Positions 19,136-26,546 of a stretch of 44,597 nucleotides of DNA are shown in pieces. The notes under the pieces were generated by a model that was given only the letters and a program-made list of their open reading frames with translations, was not told the origin of the DNA and did not search any database. The translations under genes and the position numbers were made by a program. Every line of letters begins with the position of its first letter. Within the stretch, counting starts at the first letter, position 1. This DNA comes from a virus. Taxonomy: Duplodnaviria > Caudoviricetes. The stretch spans positions 1 through 44,597 of IMG/VR virus record IMGVR_UViG_3300033388_002660. The stretch is one strand, 5' to 3'.

Positions 19136-19480
19136 ATGAAAGATTTAAAAAGTTTTGAGGACGCATTTAAAACCAATACCGGGGGTTGTCGGGGTGTTTG
19201 TGAATGTGGAAAACAATTTTATAATAGTGGCGGTGGGTGGAATTGGGAAGACGGAGAAATTGAGAGATTAAGAGAAGAAAATGCCCAAGACTTAGACCGG
19301 TCAGTCGGTTTTGTCAGATTCGAAAATAAAGAATACTGTAGGGATTGTGATTGCTGGCACAAAAGAGCCAATGACGTTATGGGGTTTATTGACACGCACA
19401 ATCATCAAATAGCTAAGTATTTAAGCCTTGAAAAAGAAAGAGCATTAAAAAAAGCTCTGGACATGCCAGAGGTAGAGTAA
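19136..19480 (+). CDS. Hypothetical Cys-rich protein
   Basis: CECG and CRDCDC motifs; operon packing. Confidence 0.6.
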   Translation: MKDLKSFEDAFKTNTGGCRGVCECGKQFYNSGGGWNWEDGEIERLREENAQDLDRSVGFVRFENKEYCRDCDCWHKRANDVMGFIDTHNHQIAKYLSLEKERALKKALDMPEVE

Positions 19481-19485
19481 TAAAA

Positions 19486-19887
19486 ATGAAACCACCAATC
19501 CTAACAATCAAGATCCCCGGCACGCTCCGCATAAAGAAAAACAGCAAGCGGATCTTTAAGAACAGGGGGCGAAAGGGTTATGCCGTGTTGCCTTCTGAGG
19601 CTTATGAGCGGTGGAACCATATGGCCAGGGCTCTTACCCAGAGCGCTATTTTAAAAAACCGGCTCCTGGGAGCATTCCCGTTTGATGAGTTGTTGAGCGT
19701 TGAGGCTCATGTTTATTACAAGGGGTCACAAATGGATTTGAGTGGAGCCTTAGAGTCAATAGGCGACACGCTTGAGGGTCTTATCTGGGAAAACGACAAG
19801 CAAATAATGTCTTGGGACGGATCAAGGCTGCATCACGATTTAAAAAATCCGAGAACTGAGGTTTTTGTGAGGGGGTTTGATGAGTGA
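19486..19887 (+). CDS. rusA: RusA-like Holliday junction resolvase
   Basis: KKNS...Y..W, DLSGALESIGDTLEGLIWENDKQI and NPRTEVFV motifs. Confidence 0.75.
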   Translation: MKPPILTIKIPGTLRIKKNSKRIFKNRGRKGYAVLPSEAYERWNHMARALTQSAILKNRLLGAFPFDELLSVEAHVYYKGSQMDLSGALESIGDTLEGLIWENDKQIMSWDGSRLHHDLKNPRTEVFVRGFDE

Positions 19888-20113
19888 GGATGAAAAATAT
19901 GAGCGGTATATGGTTTTTGAGTTTGATGATCATTATCCTTTTGGGGGCCTATCTGACTGTAAGGGTGACTTTCCTGAAAAACAACAGGCTTTTGATTTCA
20001 TAGAGAAACTTGCTAAGAGTCACGGCCATAGAGGGTTAGATAATATTGAGCTTTTTGACCGTGTTGAGGGTGTTGAAATAGACATCGAAATAAGTATTTT
20101 TAAAAAGGAGTAA
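19877..20113 (+). CDS. Hypothetical protein (YP.GG..D motif)
   Basis: Operon packing. Confidence 0.6.
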   Translation: MMSEDEKYERYMVFEFDDHYPFGGLSDCKGDFPEKQQAFDFIEKLAKSHGHRGLDNIELFDRVEGVEIDIEISIFKKE

Positions 20114-20117
20114 GCCA

Positions 20118-20399
20118 ATGAAAGAAATTACAGCATGTTACGGGCATTTTAACGGGCAGGAATTGGATGGGGTTGAGTGTTTCGCCTTTCTGTTTGATAT
20201 TAAGCTCACAGCAAAAAAAGAGATGAGCATCCTGAGATCATGGCAAACACACTTCCAGGAAGTCGGCACGCCTTACATAATTGAGCGGGTTGGCAAGGTC
20301 TTGAAGCTGTGGAAAAAAAACAGGGTTGAGACCATGGACGGTTTTTTAATGGATGTGGGGCTTAATATTTTAGGAGGTATTGATTACGACGATGTGTAA
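20118..20399 (+). CDS. Hypothetical protein
   Basis: AAGGAG RBS. Confidence 0.6.
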   Translation: MKEITACYGHFNGQELDGVECFAFLFDIKLTAKKEMSILRSWQTHFQEVGTPYIIERVGKVLKLWKKNRVETMDGFLMDVGLNILGGIDYDDV

Positions 20400-20733
20400 A
20401 TGTACACCAAACATAAGAACGCCGTTTTGTGGTAAGCCTGGGTGCGAGTGGCCAGAGGTTAAAAGTGGAGATATATCTCCTGAATTGTCCGGTAGGGTTG
20501 ATCTTGAGGAGTATGTTGGTGCGGGCGCGAAGCTTAAGTCTTTTGAGATGCCAGCGCACTCAGGATTAAAGAAGCGTAAAGGGTTGAAGCTTTTGGCAGT
20601 CCCCCCGGAGGCTGAAGCGGTTGTTAATATGATGAGCTTTAAGGGTCAGGTTCTGATAGCTTGCACCGGGGGGATCTATGAGCTTATAGATGATGAGCTT
20701 GTGCCACTGGAGGTTGATGATGTGCAAGATTAA
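20380..20733 (+). CDS. Hypothetical protein with N-terminal CKC...RTPFCG..GC motif
   Basis: AGGAGG RBS; operon packing. Confidence 0.55.
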   Translation: MITTMCKCTPNIRTPFCGKPGCEWPEVKSGDISPELSGRVDLEEYVGAGAKLKSFEMPAHSGLKKRKGLKLLAVPPEAEAVVNMMSFKGQVLIACTGGIYELIDDELVPLEVDDVQD

Positions 20734-21154
20734 ACGCATAGACAACAGAATCGACGGCGTGACCTTCCTAAACCCAACAGGCGGCAAGATCCGGGTTGAC
20801 AATAAAGGAGATGGCCGCCATGGAGCTCCAAGGGGAGCTAGGGCGCACAAAGGGGTAGACTTTGAATGTTGCCCCAAGCAAAAGGTTTTAATGCCCATCA
20901 GCGGCAGAATAGCTCGTTTAAGCCACCCATATGCGAACGATCTGTATTGGAAAGGGGTCTTAATCTACACCCAGAGGATGCAAATCAAACTTTGGTACTT
21001 TCAGCCCATGCCTGGCAGGGTAGGCAATCACTTTCAGGCAGGGGATGTTATAGGCCACGCCCAGGATATATCTCAGCGGTACCCGGGCATGACTCCTCAT
21101 GTGCATTTGAGGGTTATTAATCCAGATCCAATGTTCTTTTTTAAAGAGCCGTGA
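20717..21154 (+). CDS. M23-family metallopeptidase (candidate endolysin)
   Basis: HKGVD (HxxxD) and PHVH (HxH) zinc motifs, plus GDVIG.AQ. Confidence 0.8.
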   Translation: MMCKIKRIDNRIDGVTFLNPTGGKIRVDNKGDGRHGAPRGARAHKGVDFECCPKQKVLMPISGRIARLSHPYANDLYWKGVLIYTQRMQIKLWYFQPMPGRVGNHFQAGDVIGHAQDISQRYPGMTPHVHLRVINPDPMFFFKEP

Positions 21155-21155
21155 T

Positions 21156-21403
21156 GGTGGTGTGGGGTTCAGTAAGGCAAGGGCAAGGTGAGGCGTTGCA
21201 ATGGTAAGGTACGGTTATGCTTAGTATCGGCAGGGTGGGGTTATGTCAAGCAGAGTAAAGGTATCGTAGAGCGAGGTTTAGCAAGGTCAAGTTTGGTTTG
21301 GTGAGGCAGGGCAAAAGTACCGTAAAACGAGGTGGGGTGTTGGTTTGGCACAGTAATATTTAGCGCAGTAATGGTAGAGCATTGGTGTGGTAAAGTGGAG
21401 TAG
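21156..21403 (+). ncRNA. Pentamer array 1: 48 units of NGY+NN (candidate guide-RNA array)
   Basis: Hand parse: 26 GGY, 14 AGY, 4 TGY, 2 CGY and 2 deviant triplets, each followed by a variable dinucleotide; 8 single-nt insertions. Fills the intergenic space upstream of the RAMP-like gene. The repeat is seen directly; the RNA function is inferred. Confidence 0.75.
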
Positions 21404-21443
21404 AATAAATTATTAACTTTCAACCAAGGAAAAGGAGCTAAAA

Positions 21444-22211
21444 ATGGAAAAGAGCAACGTGTTTTTAAAAGCGGTAGAGGAAAAAGAGTTTACGATTGAG
21501 CTTATTACAAAACTCTTAGGCACAGTTCCCAAAAACAAAGAAGTTTATGCCGCCCACATAGCAGCAAAGGGCAAAGAGCTTCATCACAAGTCCGGCAAGA
21601 CGGATGAGGAGATCGACGCTGAGGCTGAGACAGTGGAGGAGATCGAGGAAAAGGGCTGGACCGGATTTATGAGCGATGAGTCAGGACTGTTTATCTATGA
21701 GCATATGATAATTGGCTTCTTGAAATCAGCCTGTGAGGTAGCCATGACATCCAAGATCATACCGAAGCTCCCAGCTTATAAAAAGTGGTTTGATAAGATT
21801 ATGATTGTCACTCCCAGGAGGATAAGGCTCAAGCAGGAGGGTGTTGCAGTAAGCGAGGCAGATGGTAGGATTCAGACCGGTTGTGATGGGAGAATGCCCT
21901 CTAAGTCTGATGGACAGATGGAGCGCGAGATTCATAATGATACAGGTAAACCCGTACTTCTACCCTGGAAAGAGGTTGACGGCGTGCTTGAGAGGCCACT
22001 GAGAGCTATGACAGCACAAGGCCCAAGGGTCACAGTTACCAGGAGCGATTATATTGAAAGTGGCCGGCAGATCCGCTTTACAATCGGCATTATGAAAAAT
22101 GACAAAAAGGTCACAATGGATCTCATCGACACGCTCTTGCAGTATGGTGAAATTTGCGGTCTGGGGCAATGGCGCGGGTCCGGTGGGTATGGACGGTTTA
22201 AGGTGATTTAA
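21444..22211 (+). CDS. Solitary RAMP/Cas7-like RNA-binding protein
   Basis: N-terminal beta strand plus LLG, IYEHMIIGFLKSAC helix, ERPLRA...GPRVTV.RSD thumb-like segment, and C-terminal Gly-rich loop YGEICGLGQWRGSGGYGRFKV typical of RAMPs. Confidence 0.75.
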   Translation: MEKSNVFLKAVEEKEFTIELITKLLGTVPKNKEVYAAHIAAKGKELHHKSGKTDEEIDAEAETVEEIEEKGWTGFMSDESGLFIYEHMIIGFLKSACEVAMTSKIIPKLPAYKKWFDKIMIVTPRRIRLKQEGVAVSEADGRIQTGCDGRMPSKSDGQMEREIHNDTGKPVLLPWKEVDGVLERPLRAMTAQGPRVTVTRSDYIESGRQIRFTIGIMKNDKKVTMDLIDTLLQYGEICGLGQWRGSGGYGRFKVI

Positions 22212-22465
22212 GCAATAGTCCTGTGAAGCAATGTGCGGTGTTGTACCGGCGTTGTCCTGCCCGGTGGCGTTCTGTGATGGTATGCTACAGCGGCGCATGG
22301 TGTTGGTAGTGTATGGCCCATTAGTGTTTTGTATGGTGACGGCATGGTTAAGTGGAGTGGTGTTTCGGCAATGTGAAGTTCCGTTATGGTGGAGCGGAGT
22401 AACGTATGGTACAGGCGATGTTGTGTGAAGTGGAGTATTGGTAATATTAGGTAGAGTTACGGTAA
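22211..22465 (+). ncRNA. Pentamer array 2: ~49 units of NGY+NN (candidate guide-RNA array)
   Basis: Starts at the stop codon of the RAMP-like gene: AGC AA t AGT CC TGT GA AGC AA TGT GC GGT GT TGT AC c GGC GT ... GGT AG AGT TA c GGT AA; 11 single-nt insertions and one short unit. Confidence 0.75.
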
Positions 22466-22490
22466 TTTAAACGGAAAAGGAGGCTTAAAA

Positions 22491-23003
22491 ATGGCAGAGG
22501 CTAACATTTTGTTAAAAACTGAGATAGAGCTGGATTTTAAAAAGTATGACGCTAATATCCGGCGCATAAAAAACATGAACCGGGAGGAGCTTATTTCAAA
22601 ACTCCTGGTCACAGCGCAGGCGTTGACGCTTGTTACGGCTATCACGCGTGGGAGTATCGGCATTGATGAGGTTGAGGTTGAGGCTGAGGCTGTTGAGGAA
22701 AAAGAGGTCGAAGTTGAGTATGAGATGGCTGTACCTCTCAGTGGGATTGACTCGGCCCGCAGACCTGAGCTTGAGAAGTTGGGGTTTATTCGGAGGGTTG
22801 GGCCTGAGATAATCCCTGGCGAAGTCTATACTCTCAATAATGAGGCTTACTTTGTGCTTGAAGAGTGTAACGGTAATTGGAAGGTTTGGAGTTGTGGCGC
22901 AAAACGCATTGAGATGGCTAATTTTATTCATCCTGGCTGGGAGCTTAAACGCACAGACTTGGAAACGCAGCTCTTTTTTGAAATGCCGGTTAAAACCAAA
23001 TGA
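22491..23003 (+). CDS. Hypothetical protein with acidic EVEVE linker, directly after array 2
   Basis: AAGGAGG RBS; 170 aa. Confidence 0.7.
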   Translation: MAEANILLKTEIELDFKKYDANIRRIKNMNREELISKLLVTAQALTLVTAITRGSIGIDEVEVEAEAVEEKEVEVEYEMAVPLSGIDSARRPELEKLGFIRRVGPEIIPGEVYTLNNEAYFVLEECNGNWKVWSCGAKRIEMANFIHPGWELKRTDLETQLFFEMPVKTK

Positions 23004-23152
23004 CATACCTAAGATGGCTCGAAGAGCAAATGGCAGCGGGCGGGTTTAACTTCTACACATTTAATCATTTTATGTTTGCCATGATGAATGTGAGAATGTT
23101 GAGGACGGTCAGAACCACAACGAATAAGGGGATTTTAAACTTAAGAGGGTGA
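23000..23152 (+). CDS. Small hypothetical protein (50 aa, MTYLRWLEEQ...), not in ORF track
   Basis: ATGA overlap with the upstream stop. Confidence 0.4.
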   Translation: MTYLRWLEEQMAAGGFNFYTFNHFMFAMMNVRMLRTVRTTTNKGILNLRG

Positions 23153-23218
23153 TACCTATAAAAAAACCAAACACATAGCTTAAACCAACAAAAAGAATAG
23201 GCTTAATTCTAAGCTTAC

Positions 23219-23262
23219 AGGGGGCTCACGCTATCTATACAATAGTGTTGGCCTCTTTTTTT
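23219..23262 (+). terminator. Probable intrinsic terminator ending the early/middle rightward operon
   Basis: Imperfect stem agggggct.cacgctat / atagtgt.tggcctct followed by a T run. Confidence 0.55.
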
Positions 23263-23270
23263 ATCCTCAA

Positions 23271-23335
23271 TTCGGTCACAAACGACCAGTTCGGTCACAA
23301 AAGTTCTTGACAGACAATAATGTCCAGTTTAAACT
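23271..23335 (+). promoter_or_regulatory. Late promoter with upstream 12-bp direct repeat
   Basis: TTCGGTCACAAA at 23271 and 23290; TTGACA 23307-23312, 17-bp spacer, TAAACT. Confidence 0.65.
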
Positions 23336-23421
23336 TAAACCTATTGTAGTTTTCATACTCCTTTTCCAATGGGCTCCAGGCCGGCTCCTGGAGCCCATAC
23401 CTTTAACTTTTGGAGGCTTAT

Positions 23422-23997
23422 TTGGCCGACCAAGCTAAAAAACTATTTAAAGGGCTCAAAGGGAAATTACTTCTCTGGCTTGCCGCTTACCTCGATAAAA
23501 CAAACACAAATACCTTTTTAAATTCAACTGCTTCGGCCAAAGAGGCGGGATATCAATGTGCAAATGAGAGTTCATTCCAAAGCGTAGGCTCACAGAACTT
23601 GAGCAAGCTTAAGGAAAGGATAGATAAATGGCTCACAGACGCAGCATTGACCGAGGATGCGCTTAGATTAAAGCTTGTTAGCCTTATGGGCGCTGAAGAA
23701 ACCAAGATAATTAACGTCAAAGGTGTGATCACAAAGGCTGACCTTCCCGATAACTGCAAGATCCTGGTTGAAAGCGAACAAACTAAGCTGGCCGGTAAGG
23801 ATGCCATTGAATACGTCGAAGAGCACACCGTCATAGCTGTGAACATGGACAGCCTACCCATACAGCAAAAGTCCCTGGATATGGCATTTAAGGTCAAAGG
23901 CATGTACCAGAGCGATAAGCTCAATGATGAAGATGTGGATAAGCTGGCCAATCGGATACTTGAGGCCAGGAAACGACTTAAAGTTAAAGACAAATGA
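23422..23997 (+). CDS. terS: Terminase small subunit
   Basis: NSTASAKEAGY...SVGSQNL HTH pattern; directly upstream of TerL; GGAGG then TTG 23422. Confidence 0.75.
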   Translation: MADQAKKLFKGLKGKLLLWLAAYLDKTNTNTFLNSTASAKEAGYQCANESSFQSVGSQNLSKLKERIDKWLTDAALTEDALRLKLVSLMGAEETKIINVKGVITKADLPDNCKILVESEQTKLAGKDAIEYVEEHTVIAVNMDSLPIQQKSLDMAFKVKGMYQSDKLNDEDVDKLANRILEARKRLKVKDK

Positions 23998-25580
23998 CAA
24001 ACGTAGCCCAACATAACGAACAAATGCTCATAGATGACGCAGCCAGGTTTTATGATGATCCTTACGGCTTTGTCATGTACTCCTATGAATGGGGCAAGGG
24101 AGAGCTGGAAGGCTTTGACGGTCCCTTTGAATGGCAAAAGCGCTTTCTTGTTACCTGGGGCGAAGAGATCAAGAAGAATGGCTTTGATGGCATAATCCCG
24201 GTCAAGGCAATCAGGATGGCCAGGGCTTCCGGCCATGGGATCGGTAAGTCGGCTCTCACCGGATGGATAGTTGATTTTATCATGGTCACAAGGCCATACT
24301 GTAAAGGCACGATCACAGCGAACACATCTACCCAGCTTGAAACAAAGACCTGGGCTGAAATAGCCAAATGGACTAAACGCTGCATTTTTGGGCATTGGTT
24401 CACCGTCACAACAGGCCGTGGCTCCATGAAGATGTACCACACCGAAAAGCATGTAAACGGCAAGGATAGCAAGGCTGAATGGTTTTGCACCGCTCAAACA
24501 TGCCGGGAGGAGAACAGTGAGGCGTTTGCAGGCCAGCACGCTGTAACGTCAACATCTTTCTACGTCTTCGATGAGGGTTCAGCTGTGCCGGATGGGATCT
24601 ATGAGGTTGCTGAGGGTGGTTTGACCGACGGAGAGCCCATGGAGTTCATCTTCGGCAATCCTACCAGGAACCAAGGCAAGTTTAAAGAGTGCTTTGAGGG
24701 GATGCGGCACAGGTGGGACACAGAACAGATTGACAGTCGTGAAGTTCCAATAACCAATAAGCCGCAGATTCAGGAGTGGATAGATGATTATGGAGAGGAC
24801 TCTGACTTTGTACGGGTAAGAGTCAAAGGTGAATTTCCCAGGGCTGGAGCAATGCAGTTTATCCCCAGCGATATCATCAATGAGGCAGCTGGCAAGTCAG
24901 TCCATGTAAGCCAATACATTGACCGGCCAAAGATATTAGGCATTGACATTGCCAGGTTTGGTGACGACATGACCGTTTTTATTTACCGGCAAGGTGTGGC
25001 TGCTTACGGATTAAAAAAGCATAGAGGGCTCGGAACTTTGGCCGTTGCAGGCCTAATAGCTGAAGAGATAAAGACACAAGATCCTGATGCTGTGTTTCTG
25101 GATATGGGCATGACAGGCGCGGCTATCTATGACATCCTGATTGATTGGGGTTATGATGTGACCGGCGTGTGGTTCGGGGCAGAGGCGACAGATAAGGCCA
25201 CGTATTTCAATAAAAGAGCTGAGATGTACGGTGATATCAAAGATTGGCTTCGGGACGGTGGCGCGATCCCAGACGATCCTGATCTCAAGAACGACCTGGC
25301 TGGGCCTGAATATGGTTTTACATCCAAGGAGCAAATACAGCTTGAGTCCAAAAAGGATATGAAAAAAAGGCGCAAAGCCTCTCCTGACTGTTCCGACGCT
25401 CTTGTACTCACAAAGGCTTATCCGGTAGCAAAGAAGACAGACAAGCTCTCCAGGCGCAGGCGTGAGCCCCAGGCCAAAATGGATTATGATCTGTTTCGAA
25501 AAGATGGTGGCCTGGATCATGGCGGCAAGAGGTCGCAAAAGACAACGATGGATTACGATCTGTTTGGGTATGATAACTAA
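23994..25580 (+). CDS. terL: Terminase large subunit
   Basis: Walker A ASGHGIGKS, Walker B YVFDE, FGNPTR, VRVRVKGEFP, GIDIARFGDD and SPD..DAL. Confidence 0.95.
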   Translation: MTNVAQHNEQMLIDDAARFYDDPYGFVMYSYEWGKGELEGFDGPFEWQKRFLVTWGEEIKKNGFDGIIPVKAIRMARASGHGIGKSALTGWIVDFIMVTRPYCKGTITANTSTQLETKTWAEIAKWTKRCIFGHWFTVTTGRGSMKMYHTEKHVNGKDSKAEWFCTAQTCREENSEAFAGQHAVTSTSFYVFDEGSAVPDGIYEVAEGGLTDGEPMEFIFGNPTRNQGKFKECFEGMRHRWDTEQIDSREVPITNKPQIQEWIDDYGEDSDFVRVRVKGEFPRAGAMQFIPSDIINEAAGKSVHVSQYIDRPKILGIDIARFGDDMTVFIYRQGVAAYGLKKHRGLGTLAVAGLIAEEIKTQDPDAVFLDMGMTGAAIYDILIDWGYDVTGVWFGAEATDKATYFNKRAEMYGDIKDWLRDGGAIPDDPDLKNDLAGPEYGFTSKEQIQLESKKDMKKRRKASPDCSDALVLTKAYPVAKKTDKLSRRRREPQAKMDYDLFRKDGGLDHGGKRSQKTTMDYDLFGYDN

Positions 25581-25735
25581 TGGCTGTGTATACAAACAAG
25601 ATAAATGTCGTTTTGGGTGATCGCGTTGTAACGTGGCTCCCTTGCCCTATTTGCACGCGGGGATCTGTTGTGTTTAATAAAAAGTCAGGCTTCTGGGAGT
25701 GCGGGGTCTGTCGAAACAAATATGTGAACAACTAG
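25580..25735 (+). CDS. Small Zn-ribbon protein (51 aa), not in ORF track
   Basis: MAVYTNKINVVLGDRVVTWLPCPICTRGSVVFNKKSGFWECGVCRNKYVNN; two CxxC motifs; TAATG overlap with terL. Confidence 0.6.
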   Translation: MAVYTNKINVVLGDRVVTWLPCPICTRGSVVFNKKSGFWECGVCRNKYVNN

Positions 25736-25754
25736 TCAGAAAAGGAGATGGTAA

Positions 25755-25928
25755 ATGAAAAAGAAATGGTATGAGCAAAGAACAACATGGACGGCGCTTG
25801 CAGGCGTGATTGGTGCGGTAGGTGGAGTCCTTACAGGGACGATAGCGATCCCTATGGCCTTACAAACAGTGGTCGGGTGTGTGGGCCTTGTGTTCTTGCG
25901 TCAGGGTGTTGAGAAGTCTGGTGAATGA
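25755..25928 (+). CDS. Small two-TM holin-like protein (57 aa), not in ORF track
   Basis: MKKKWYEQRTTWTALAGVIGAVGGVLTGTIAIPMALQTVVGCVGLVFLRQGVEKSGE; AAGGAG RBS. Confidence 0.6.
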   Translation: MKKKWYEQRTTWTALAGVIGAVGGVLTGTIAIPMALQTVVGCVGLVFLRQGVEKSGE

Positions 25929-26263
25929 TACAAGAGACTGAAAGCCCTGATTGTATGGGCGAAGCGAGCCCCACAAAGACATACTTTGCCCTGAGTGATG
26001 ACAAGGGTGTATTTGCTTATCTTTGTGTTGATAAACGGCACAACCAGGCGCTTATACACCTTAAAATGCTGAGATGGTCGGCATTAATCAGGAAAGAGAT
26101 GGAGCAAGACTGGAATGAGGTTTTAATGTTCTGCATAAAGAACGGTATTAATAGCCTTGCAGCTGTTAACGATGATTATAAAGATAAGCGGTGGGCTAAG
26201 TTTATAGGGATCTTCGGATTTCCTGAACCTACAACCTATGCAGTATCAGAGGTGGGCATATGA
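25925..26263 (+). CDS. Hypothetical protein, possibly degenerate GNAT fold
   Basis: C-terminal AKFIGIFGF resembles GNAT ends. Confidence 0.5.
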   Translation: MIQETESPDCMGEASPTKTYFALSDDKGVFAYLCVDKRHNQALIHLKMLRWSALIRKEMEQDWNEVLMFCIKNGINSLAAVNDDYKDKRWAKFIGIFGFPEPTTYAVSEVGI

Positions 26264-26544
26264 GCGATGTGGAAAAAACATTCAAGAAAGGCCTTGCGCC
26301 TTTCTTTGATCCGTTTGACGTTCTTGGCGGCATTAAAGACGCGATTATCCCTGACATACCAGATCCGGGAGCGCCACCCGATCCGGCTGAGGCTGAAAGG
26401 GCTGGGGTTATCAGCGCGGCAGAGAAGAGTGAGGAAAGACGCAGGCGCTTGGCTCAACAGGGGCGGCAAAGTACGTTTGCCACATCTCCCGCTGGCTTGA
26501 CAACAGCTGGAAATGTTCAACGCAAAACACTATTCGGACAATAA
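26260..26544 (+). CDS. Small pre-portal virion protein
   Basis: Pro-rich, then RRR...GRQSTFATSP.G...KTLFG, typical of the gene before podoviral portals. Confidence 0.7.
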   Translation: MSDVEKTFKKGLAPFFDPFDVLGGIKDAIIPDIPDPGAPPDPAEAERAGVISAAEKSEERRRRLAQQGRQSTFATSPAGLTTAGNVQRKTLFGQ

Positions 26545-26546
26545 CT

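Noticed and set aside
21241-21423. 60-aa minus-strand ORF over array 1
   Set aside because: Antisense shadow of the array, opposite to the operon direction.
22231-22428. 65-aa plus-strand ORF (MCGVVPALSC...) and overlapping minus-strand ORF 21960..22298
   Set aside because: No RBS, and the V/G/C/W-rich composition is what a GT-rich pentamer array yields; a 5-nt period does not fit codon structure.
21156-22465. Canonical CRISPR array or simple microsatellite
   Set aside because: There are no 25-40-bp identical repeats with spacers, and the units differ systematically at two fixed positions rather than being copies of one motif.
22211-22465. Reading the NN(+extra base) string as a hidden peptide, since TA+extra always gives TAY rather than a stop
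   Set aside because: Only three cases, explained by the pyrimidine bias of the extra base.
23553-24539. 328-aa minus-strand ORF and other long antisense ORFs in the track
   Set aside because: They overlap well-supported terS/terL or structural genes on the opposite strand and show no recognisable motifs.
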